Part shown: positions 17,301 through 23,884 of the stretch, piece by piece
How the letters are laid out: every line of letters starts with the position of its first letter
How positions within the stretch are numbered: the stretch's first letter is position 1
Assembly (NCBI GenBank): GCA_033722595.1
Contig: JAWVYT010000001.1
Location: 1 to 24,999, forward strand
Reading direction: 5' to 3'
Source of the DNA: Longimicrobiales bacterium
GTDB taxonomy: Bacteria > Gemmatimonadota > Gemmatimonadetes > Longimicrobiales > RSA9
Length of the DNA: 24,999 bases
Position numbers and translations under genes: made by a program
Notes under the pieces: generated by a model
Database searches by the model: none
The model's input: the letters and a program-made list of their open reading frames with translations, nothing else
Told to the model about the DNA's origin: nothing

Positions 17301-17582
17301 GACGTCCTCCTCTACCGTGGAATACCCGATGGACTGGGCCACCAGCGTTACGGTCTGGTCCCGAACCAGAGAAGCCGGAACCGCAATGCGGTACCGGCCC
17401 TGTTGATTCGTGAAGGTCCCGAGCCCCTGGTCCGCCAGCCCGTCGACGTAGACCTGTACGCCCGGCATCGGGTCCCCGGCCTCGTTGGCCACCGTGCCCA
17501 GGAGCGTCGCTTCCTGCGCCAGCGCCGGGCCGGATCCCAGGAGAAGGAGTGCGAAGATGAGTCCAATTGGCCTGGTCTTCAT
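14340..17582 (-). CDS. susC: SusC/RagA-like TonB-dependent transporter
   Basis: Signal peptide, N-terminal beta-sandwich, DEIVVTG TonB box, PLYVVDGV and IEVIKGAAAASLYGSRAAAGVIQIRT plug motifs, terminal Phe (VEITF). ATG 17582 with AGAGG RBS; 1080 aa. Confidence 0.93.
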   Translation of the reverse strand: MKTRPIGLIFALLLLGSGPALAQEATLLGTVANEAGDPMPGVQVYVDGLADQGLGTFTNQQGRYRIAVPASLVRDQTVTLVAQSIGYSTVEEDVTLESGTHVVDFVLRQTALSLDEIVVTGVVDPVQGKKLPFTVGRVSAENVATVPATGAALQSLQGKVAGVNITRPSGQPGEEVSIQLRTPTTVFTGNEPLYVVDGVILGAGTIDLEALDIESIEVIKGAAAASLYGSRAAAGVIQIRTARGSGVALDQTRFTYRSEAGASALPRRIPSLEAHWRVVNEGEPYTDSHGRLVRTGDMLDRDGDLGCRRFYPNCEGFANNPGQIADQSYIDPLYDHIGTFYKPGRFLMQSFGVSRNSEKTNFLTSFNLYDEAGSIPGHEGFERYNFRFNLDHRIMDNLSLSFSGYHNRSFRETIDEGESGATGQGAFFQLMRYRNEFDIGKIDPETGLYVQFPDSSYWQENPLFLAQTRDNWEKRSRTLGNIALNYSPAQWLRISGQFSYDRLDRNNQWHLPAGTPINPFSGNPETFPSPGLLDLRERTMDTQNGSLRATLTENFGLLNSRLTFAGSFESRDLVDVQTRGEDFAVLGTSDVNLARDRTIRSTNETIRANGYFADLALDYSDKYIGSFLVRQDGSSLFGPEERWHTYFRTALAYRVSEEPWWPFADVITEFKPRYSLGTAGNRPDFAFQYETWDVDVSADGQTVTFTRGTLGNRALKPEFAREQEVGLDVALYDRYLLQLTYATQRTEDMILRRPQRAVTGYQYQWDNIGTIEGTALEMSLEASLIQSDNLRWTATFVGDQTTSTITEWPIAPLRDGLRIYDEGNSLYDIYGSQFLTSLDQLADIGLAGFEDEFDVNDEGYVVWVGAGNTWRDGLEDSGTGRVNWETRTTIDGVRYDWGWPVAMFDPATGEQLTFKIGSMKPDFSYGFLSNVTWKGLSVHAHLRGQIGGDVYNYTRQRMYRLSQHGDLDQRGKSEETKKSRRYYQRGLYNNNIFTDPFVEDATFLKLQAIQLAYTFNRGQLGWLPGSMAPQNLTLGITGRNLFTLTGYSGYDPDVGTVLNRYDAFGYPNLRQLTATVEITF

Positions 17583-17803
17583 GCTACCTCTTGGATTGGG
17601 TTTGACGTGAGTCGGGCCCGTCCACTGCCAAGATGCGGGCCGAATCCGGGGTTCTGTGCTGCCCTGCGGCCCTCGCCGCCCGGCGGGACACCGGGCAGCA
17701 ATCGGCATGGATCGCGCGGCCTCTGTAGGCCTGTAGGATTCGCTGCCAATGGAACGATTCAGGGGTCGGGCCGGAGCCGTTGGGGTCGGGTTCGTTGGAC
17801 GGC

Positions 17804-17832
17804 ACGATACGGCGCCGGATCGGTCATGTCAA
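17804..17832 (-). promoter_or_regulatory. sigma70-type promoter for the susC operon with AT-rich upstream element
   Basis: Minus strand TTGACA (17832-17827), 17 nt, TATCGT (17809-17804); A/T tract at 17833-17860 upstream. Confidence 0.65.
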
Positions 17833-17838
17833 GCTTTT

Positions 17839-17935
17839 TATTGTGCAAACAGAAAGAAAAGCGCGCGGTGTGTGCCCCGGAGGGTGCCGGACGTCGGACG
17901 GGCCGGTTCAGGCGTATGTTATTACGAAAACAGAT
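17839..17935. promoter_or_regulatory. Pair of candidate ROK operators (sites 2 and 3)
   Basis: TATTGTGCAAACAGAA (17839-17854) and TATTACGAAAACAGAT (17920-17935), 81 bp apart. Confidence 0.55.
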
Positions 17936-17987
17936 CCCGGGCCGGGGGAGCCCGGATGGCCACGGGGGTCGTCGGGCGTGCGGCGGG

Positions 17988-19463
17988 TCAGGAGTCGGGG
18001 GTGCCCGTGTACGCGGGATTCGGCTCCGGCATCTGGGCGTCGATCTCGGTGAGCCAGCGGGTGAGGCGTGCCTGGAGGTCGTCGCGGAGCTCCGGGCGGG
18101 CGGCGCTCAGGTCACGGGACTCGGTGGGATCCTGGCGCAGGTCGTAGAGCTCGGTCCGGTCCTCGTGGTACCATCGGATGAGCTTGTGGTCGCCGAAGCG
18201 AATGGCGCTCGAAGGTCGGTGCCCGGAGCCGTGGTAGTGGGGGTAGTGCCAGTAGAGGGCGTCCCGCGAGAGCGCTCCGTCGCCGGTGAGGAGCGGGAGG
18301 AGGCTCAGGCCGTCATCCAGGGTGTCGCCGGGCTCGAGGCCGGCGATCTCCAGCAGGGTGGGGAAGAGGTCGTTGGTGATCACGGGCTCATCGATGACGG
18401 ACCCCGGGCCCACCACGCCGGGCCAGCGAACCATCATCGGTCCGCGGATCCCGCCCTCGTACAGCCACCCCTTGCCGGCGCGGAGCGGCAGGTTGGAGGT
18501 GGGCGGCTCGATGGGCCAGTCGCGCTCGAGGACGGCCAGTCCGCCGTTGTCGGACAGGAAGACCACCGCGGTGCGCCCCGCCAGATCGTTCTCATCGAGG
18601 CTGCGCAGAACCCGGCCCACGGCCGCGTCCAGGGTCTCGACCATGGCCGCGTACACGGGGTCGCTCTGGACCCTCCGGTGGACGTGGGGACCTTCCGGCC
18701 CGAAGACATCGAGGGTATCGAGCCCCATGCGCTCCGCTTTCTCCCGGTACGCGGCCACGAGCGCAGGTTTGCCTTCCAGCGGCGTGTGCGGTGCGTAGAA
18801 CGACAGGAAGAGGAAGAACGGGCGGTCCCGGTGCTCGCGTATGAAGGCGGCGGCTTCCTCACCCAGGCGATCGGTGAGGTTCTCGCCCTCGGCCCCCGTG
18901 GCGGTCAGCTGCGGCAGGTCGCGGCCATTGCCCACGTACGGCCAGAAGTAGGTCGGGGGCGAGCCGTAGTCGTTGGCCCCGATCACCCGATCGAACCCCT
19001 GGTCCGACGGCCGATGACCCTCCCGACCCAGGTGCCACTTGCCGATGTGCGCGGTGGCGTATCCGGCATCGCCGAGCGCCTCGGCCAGCGTGAGCTCGTC
19101 CAGGGGGAGCGCCGCGTGGTCCCGCACCTGGAGCAGACGCTGGTGCGAGGCGTCGCCCTGACCCGGGAGCCAGTCCGTGATCCGGAGCCGGGCGGGGTAG
19201 TGGCTCGTGAGGATGCTCGCCCGTGAAGGAGAGCAGACCGACCCGGCCGTGTACGCATGCGTGAACCGGGCGCCCGACGTCGCCAGGCGATCCAGGCTCG
19301 GCGTCTCGTGGAACCCGCTGCCGTAGACGCCGAGATCCGCCCAGCCTAGGTCGTCGGCCACGATGACCACCACGTTCGGCGGCGGGACCGGCGTCGGGTC
19401 GCCGCAGCCGAAGACCATGAAGAGAACGACGGGCAATGGGATGCGTCGGGACCAGGTGAGCAT
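17988..19463 (-). CDS. Cys-type formylglycine-dependent sulfatase (S1 family), probable lipoprotein
   Basis: PNVVVIVADDLG, CSPSRASILT (CxPxR), HIGKWHLG, FLSDNGG, KGWLYEGGIR, ELYDLRQDPTE; lipobox VFGC; ATG 19463; 491 aa. Confidence 0.93.
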   Translation of the reverse strand: MLTWSRRIPLPVVLFMVFGCGDPTPVPPPNVVVIVADDLGWADLGVYGSGFHETPSLDRLATSGARFTHAYTAGSVCSPSRASILTSHYPARLRITDWLPGQGDASHQRLLQVRDHAALPLDELTLAEALGDAGYATAHIGKWHLGREGHRPSDQGFDRVIGANDYGSPPTYFWPYVGNGRDLPQLTATGAEGENLTDRLGEEAAAFIREHRDRPFFLFLSFYAPHTPLEGKPALVAAYREKAERMGLDTLDVFGPEGPHVHRRVQSDPVYAAMVETLDAAVGRVLRSLDENDLAGRTAVVFLSDNGGLAVLERDWPIEPPTSNLPLRAGKGWLYEGGIRGPMMVRWPGVVGPGSVIDEPVITNDLFPTLLEIAGLEPGDTLDDGLSLLPLLTGDGALSRDALYWHYPHYHGSGHRPSSAIRFGDHKLIRWYHEDRTELYDLRQDPTESRDLSAARPELRDDLQARLTRWLTEIDAQMPEPNPAYTGTPDS

Positions 19464-19530
19464 GGGATCGCTGTGGCAGGTTCGTGGAGCCCCGTCCCCG
19501 GCGAAAGCCGGCGTCGCGGCCGTTGACCCC

Positions 19531-19559
19531 AGGGTAGAGGTCCGGGAGGGCCCCGTCAA
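19531..19559 (-). promoter_or_regulatory. Candidate sigma70 promoter for the sulfatase
   Basis: Minus strand TTGACG (19559-19554), 17 nt, TACCCT (19536-19531; TAnnnT). Confidence 0.5.
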
Positions 19560-19569
19560 ATCGGAGGGT

Positions 19570-19666
19570 TGTTCCGGAAACAGATTATCAGTAGGCCGGC
19601 CTTCTGCCCACCCGCCCCGGGCGCGACGGCGGGCGAACTTGACCCATTGATATTACGATAGCAGAA
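19570..19666. promoter_or_regulatory. Pair of candidate ROK operators (sites 4 and 5) in the divergent promoter region
   Basis: TGTTCCGGAAACAGAT (19570-19585) and TATTACGATAGCAGAA (19651-19666), 81 bp apart. Confidence 0.6.
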
Positions 19667-19667
19667 T
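19639..19667 (+). promoter_or_regulatory. sigma70-type promoter for the suy-like operon
   Basis: TTGACC (19639-19644), 17 nt, CAGAAT (19662-19667). Operator site 5 occupies the same register as site 1 in the ROK promoter. Confidence 0.65.
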
Positions 19668-19729
19668 AGACGGGCCGCGCCGCCGGCTCGGCATGGGCGC
19701 AACCGAGACACGAGGGGCAGAGAGACCGG

Positions 19730-20047
19730 ATGACACAGGAAACGCAGGCGCAGCTCCGGGGGCTGGTGGTGCACCCGGAGGACAACGTGGTGAACCTGGT
19801 GGGTCCGGGCGAGGCGGGCCGGACGGTCCACTGTGTGGTGGAGGGACGGGACGAGGCGGAGCAGATCGAGCTGCGGGATGACATTCCGTCGAACCACAAG
19901 CTGGCCCGCCGGGACATCGCGGTGGGGGAGGCGATCGTGAAGTACGGGCTGAGCATCGGGAAGGCGAGCGCGGCCATCGATCGCGGGGAGCATGTACACG
20001 TTCACAACATCGAGTCCAACCGGGGTCGGGGCGATCTCCAGGGCTAG
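19730..20047 (+). CDS. suyA: UxaA-family dehydratase/lyase small subunit (SAF domain), SuyA-like
   Basis: VHPEDNVVNL, DDIPSNHKLARRDIAVGEAIVKYGLSIG, GEHVHVHNIES; 105-aa stand-alone SAF domain. Symbol from architecture and context. Confidence 0.75.
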   Translation: MTQETQAQLRGLVVHPEDNVVNLVGPGEAGRTVHCVVEGRDEAEQIELRDDIPSNHKLARRDIAVGEAIVKYGLSIGKASAAIDRGEHVHVHNIESNRGRGDLQG

Positions 20048-20063
20048 GAAGGGCGAACCAGAT

Positions 20064-21233
20064 ATGGAACACCGATTCAACGGGTACGTGCGCGACGACG
20101 GGCAGGTGGGGATCCGGAACCACATCCTCCTGTTGAGCGCCACGCTGTACGCGAACTCCACGTGCGAGCGAGTGGCCCACACCGTCCAGAACACGATTCC
20201 CATCGTCCACCCGCTGGGCCGGTGCCAGATCGCCCCGGACCTGGAGCAGACCTTCCGGACGCTGGTCGGCCACGGGGTGAATCCGAACGCGGGTGCCGTC
20301 GTGGTGGTGGACCACTTCAAGGAGGCGGGGTGCGAGGCCGAGACCATCGCCCACGAGATCGCGAAGACGGGGAAGCCGGTGGAGGTCGTGAACATCCGGC
20401 GGTCCGGCGGCGCGATCCAGGCCACCATGGAGCTGACGAAGCACGCGGTAGCGCTGAACCGGGAGATCACGGGGCAGCGTCGGGAAGAGGTCGGACTCGA
20501 CGCCCTGGTCTATGGGATCAACTGCGGGACCAGTGATGTTACCAGCGGGCTCGCCCAGAACCGCGTGGTGGGCTGGGTTACGGACCGGGTGGTGGAGGCC
20601 GGCGGTCGAGTCATCGGCGCGGAGACCACGGAAATGATGGGCGGCGAGGACCAGATCCGGGCCCGGGCCACGTCGTCGGAGGTCGCAGAGCGGATCCTCG
20701 GCTATGTGCACCGGCGGGAGCAGGAGATCCTCGCCACGGGGGTGGATCTCCGGGGCAGCCAGCCCACGGGCGACAACATGGCCGGCGGTCTCTCGACCAT
20801 CGAGGAGAAGTCGCTGGGCGCGATGATGAAGTGGGGCTCGGCCCCGATCGTCGGAGCGCTGGACTACGCCCAGCGGGTCGGCACGGAGTCCGGCCTGTGG
20901 CTCATGGACACGCCGGGCCATGGCGGGGAGTCGATTACGGGGATCGCCGCCGGCGGGGCCCAGGTCATGAGTTTCGCCACGGGGGGCGGGCACACCATCA
21001 ACCATCCGCTGATGATCACCATGCGGCTCACGGGGAACCGGGAGTCGTGGCAGCACATGCAGGAGACCACCGAGCTCGATGTCAGCGGCATCTTCGATGA
21101 CGAGTCGTTGGAGGAGGCCGGGGAGCGACTCCTGGCCGAGGTGCTGGCGATCTGCGACGGCCGGATGACGAAGGCCGAGGCGCTCCGGGAGTGGAACGCC
21201 TTCGCCATCACACGCAACGGCCCCAGCGTTTGA
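20064..21233 (+). CDS. suyB: UxaA/GarD-family catalytic subunit, SuyB ((R)-sulfolactate sulfo-lyase beta)-like
   Basis: GYVRDDGQVGIRNH, HPLGRCQIAPDLEQTFRTLVGHGVNPN, IAKTGKPVE, CGTSDVTSG, GNMAGGLSTIEEKS-type segment (DNMAGGLSTIEEKSLGA), FATGGG; ATG 20064; 389 aa. Family is certain; orthology to SuyB is inferred. Confidence 0.78.
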   Translation: MEHRFNGYVRDDGQVGIRNHILLLSATLYANSTCERVAHTVQNTIPIVHPLGRCQIAPDLEQTFRTLVGHGVNPNAGAVVVVDHFKEAGCEAETIAHEIAKTGKPVEVVNIRRSGGAIQATMELTKHAVALNREITGQRREEVGLDALVYGINCGTSDVTSGLAQNRVVGWVTDRVVEAGGRVIGAETTEMMGGEDQIRARATSSEVAERILGYVHRREQEILATGVDLRGSQPTGDNMAGGLSTIEEKSLGAMMKWGSAPIVGALDYAQRVGTESGLWLMDTPGHGGESITGIAAGGAQVMSFATGGGHTINHPLMITMRLTGNRESWQHMQETTELDVSGIFDDESLEEAGERLLAEVLAICDGRMTKAEALREWNAFAITRNGPSV

Positions 21234-21838
21234 GCGCCGTCGCCACGCCCTCGCTCCCGGTGTTCCGGGACGTGTTGGCGGAGGTCGTCATCGCCGAGCG
21301 GGCGGAGGGATGGCTGGCTCGCTGTGCCGCGACCGGTACGTACCTGGTGGTGACACGGGAGCTGGTCCACGCGCTGGTGGGGGTCATCGAACGGCTCGGG
21401 GCCCCTCCGGTCCTGGAGGTCTGCGCGGGCGACGGCACGCTGGCGCGGGCCCTCGCCGAGCTCGGGGTGTCCGTCACGGCCACGGATGCCCATCCAGCCC
21501 GCGGGAGCCGCGTGACAGCGTGCCCCGCCGCCGCGTCGCTGCGACGGTATCCCCATCCGATGGTTCTCGGGAGCTTCGTCCCCTTCGATGCCGGGATCGA
21601 GGAGCGTATCCTGGCCGCCGGTCATGTCCGGCACTACCTGGCGCTGGGCGCTCGGATTGGCGTCCACGGCGGCGTCACGAACCGCTTGGGGGCCGTGCCG
21701 GGCTGGGATGCCGTTCCGCTGCCCGGCGTGGCCCGGTGGATGGTCACGCGCCACGACGCGTGGCTCGGCGACGGGTCGTCGATCCGCTGTCGCGGCGAAG
21801 CCTGGCTCCTGAGCCGCACGCAGGAGGTCGGACCGTGA
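21230..21838 (+). CDS. Hypothetical protein with class I SAM-dependent methyltransferase-like motif
   Basis: VLEVCAGDGTLARAL followed by VSVTATD (motif I and the beta2 Asp). TTG 21230 overlaps the suyB stop and its own stop overlaps the next start. Confidence 0.65.
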   Translation: MSAVATPSLPVFRDVLAEVVIAERAEGWLARCAATGTYLVVTRELVHALVGVIERLGAPPVLEVCAGDGTLARALAELGVSVTATDAHPARGSRVTACPAAASLRRYPHPMVLGSFVPFDAGIEERILAAGHVRHYLALGARIGVHGGVTNRLGAVPGWDAVPLPGVARWMVTRHDAWLGDGSSIRCRGEAWLLSRTQEVGP

Positions 21839-22923
21839 CGCGCTACGACCCCGTCGCGGTGCGGGCACTGGTCGGGGAGATCGGCGTGTCAGCGGGTCTC
21901 CCCGCCGGCGACGCCGCGCTCTTCGCCGACGCCCTGATAGACGCCGATCTCCATGGGCGGTCTACACATGGGCTCTCGCGTCTCGCAATCTACATGAAGC
22001 GCATGGATCACGGACTCATCGATCCCCGGGCGGAGCTCCGGGTCGAGCGGCATGCCCCGGGCGTCCTGTCGGTGGACGCCCGGAACGGGGTGGGCCAGGT
22101 CCAGGCGATCCGGACGCTGGAACGGCTGCGGCCGCTGGCCGTGGACCTGGGAGTGGCCGCGGCCACGATCCGGGGGTCCCAGCACTTCGGCGCCCTCGGC
22201 TACTACTGCGACTGGGCGGCCGAGCGGGACATGATCCTCCTGGCTACCACGGCGGCCGAGCCGGCGATGAGTCCGACCGGGGGATACGAGCCCTTCTTCG
22301 GCACGAACCCCATCGGCGCCGGCTTTCCTACGGGGAAGGGGTGGCCGGTGACCATCGACCTGGCCACGTCCATAGTGGCGCGGGGCAACATCATCGCGGC
22401 CGAGAAGGAAGGCCGGCCGATCCCGGAGGGGTGGGCGCTGGATGCGGACGGCCATCCCACCACCGACGCTGCGGCGGCCCTGGCCGGCACCGTTCTCACT
22501 ATGGCCGGCCACAAGGGGTACGCCCTGGCGCTGCTGGTCGAGCTGCTGTCGAGCGTGCTGAGCGGCGCGGCCGTCGGGCCGTCGATCGGCTCCATGTACA
22601 AGGATCTGGATCGGCCCCAGGACGTGGGCCATTTCTTCTGCCTGCTCCGGATCTCGGCGTTCATGGACCCCGAGGCCTTCCGGAGCCGGGTGGATGCCAC
22701 CATCGACCGGATCACCTCGCTGCAACCGCGGCCCGGCAGCGACGGGATCCGCGTTCCCGGTGAACATTCAGCCAGGAAGGCCCGGGAGAATCGCCGGTTG
22801 GGGATCGCGCTGGGAGCCGCGACCGTCCGCGAGGTCGACGCGCTGGCCGACCGGTACGGGATCTCGACGCGGCTGGAGCAGCTCCGGGTGCCGGCCGCTT
22901 CCTCGGGCGGGCCGAATGCCTGA
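21835..22923 (+). CDS. comC: Ldh_2-family (type 2 malate/L-lactate) dehydrogenase, ComC (R)-sulfolactate dehydrogenase-like
   Basis: DADLHGRSTHGLSRL, HFGALGYY, FGTNPI, IDLATS, GHKGYALALLVELL; GTG 21835 with AGGAGG RBS. Family is certain; substrate from context. Confidence 0.75.
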   Translation: MTRYDPVAVRALVGEIGVSAGLPAGDAALFADALIDADLHGRSTHGLSRLAIYMKRMDHGLIDPRAELRVERHAPGVLSVDARNGVGQVQAIRTLERLRPLAVDLGVAAATIRGSQHFGALGYYCDWAAERDMILLATTAAEPAMSPTGGYEPFFGTNPIGAGFPTGKGWPVTIDLATSIVARGNIIAAEKEGRPIPEGWALDADGHPTTDAAAALAGTVLTMAGHKGYALALLVELLSSVLSGAAVGPSIGSMYKDLDRPQDVGHFFCLLRISAFMDPEAFRSRVDATIDRITSLQPRPGSDGIRVPGEHSARKARENRRLGIALGAATVREVDALADRYGISTRLEQLRVPAASSGGPNA

Positions 22924-23884
22924 CATCCTGGTCAGTGAGGACGTGGGTGGCCCGGCCCTGTCGGCGCTCGGAGGCCGGTATGAAGTGGTCGTGGAACCGG
23001 AGCTCTGGCGTCGCCCCGACGCACTGGCCCGGCGGATCCGGGGCTGTCGGGCCCTCATCGTTCGGAACCAGACCCAGGTCACGAGTGGGCTCCTGGCCGC
23101 CGCGGAGGACCTCGAGGTCGTGGGACGAGCGGGCGCGGGGCTGGACAACGTCGACGTGGAGGCGGCGACCGCGGTGGACGTCCGCGTCTGCTACGCGCCG
23201 GAGCAGAACGCCCTCTCCGTAGCGGAGCTCGGGATGGGGATGCTGCTGGCGCTGGCCCGCAGGCTGGTACCGGCCGACCGCTCGACCCGGGCCGGGTACT
23301 GGGATCGGCAGGAACACACGGGGATCGAGCTGCACGGGCGGACGCTGGGCGTCATCGGGTTCGGCCGGATCGGGTTCCTGATGGCGATGCGCGCCCGTGC
23401 CTTCGGGATGACCGTGCTCGCCCACGACCCCTTCCTCGGGCCGGACCACGTCACCCTCGTGGCGGCCGGCGCCGAGCTGGTGGGTCTCGAGGAGCTGCTG
23501 GGCCGGGCGGACGCGGTGACCTGTCACCTGCCGAGCACCCCCGGGACCCGCGGCCTGCTGAACGCGGAGCGTTTCGGGCGGATGAAGTCCGGGGCCCTCT
23601 TCCTGAATCTGTCGCGCGGCGACGTGGTGGAGGAGGCCGCCCTGATCGAGGCGCTGGAGGCGGGCCAGATCGGCGGCGCAGGACTCGATGTCCGGGCCGC
23701 CGAGCCACCGGCAGCCTCGCCGCTGGACCGGCTTGACAACGTGATCCTGACCCCGCACATCGGCGCCTTCACCGAGGAGGCGCAGCACCGGGTCGTGGCG
23801 GCCGTGTGCCGCGACATCCGGCGGGTGCTCGAAGGCGAGCAGCCCATGTACGCGGCGAACCGCCCCCGCGGGAGCGCACGTTGA
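22916..23884 (+). CDS. slcC: D-isomer-specific 2-hydroxyacid dehydrogenase, SlcC (S)-sulfolactate dehydrogenase-like
   Basis: MPDILVSE, ALIVRNQTQV, GRAGAGLDNVD, GVIGFGRIG, AHDPF (NAD-type Asp), NLSRG, LDVRAAEP, TPHIG; no ACT domain; ATG 22916; 322 aa. Substrate from context. Confidence 0.72.
   Translation: MPDILVSEDVGGPALSALGGRYEVVVEPELWRRPDALARRIRGCRALIVRNQTQVTSGLLAAAEDLEVVGRAGAGLDNVDVEAATAVDVRVCYAPEQNALSVAELGMGMLLALARRLVPADRSTRAGYWDRQEHTGIELHGRTLGVIGFGRIGFLMAMRARAFGMTVLAHDPFLGPDHVTLVAAGAELVGLEELLGRADAVTCHLPSTPGTRGLLNAERFGRMKSGALFLNLSRGDVVEEAALIEALEAGQIGGAGLDVRAAEPPAASPLDRLDNVILTPHIGAFTEEAQHRVVAAVCRDIRRVLEGEQPMYAANRPRGSAR

Noticed and set aside
17584-17805. 73-aa ORF ending 1 nt before the susC start (possible leader peptide)
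   Set aside because: Its GTG lies within the predicted -10 element, so it would not be on the transcript; no RBS.
16365-19226. 953-aa plus-strand ORF
   Set aside because: Antisense shadow of susC and the sulfatase; crosses promoter DNA and has no family motifs. Expected in GC-rich sequence.
22916-23884. serA (phosphoglycerate dehydrogenase) call
   Set aside because: No C-terminal ACT/ASB domains, and the catabolic operon context favours SlcC-like. A short SerA cannot be fully excluded by sequence alone.
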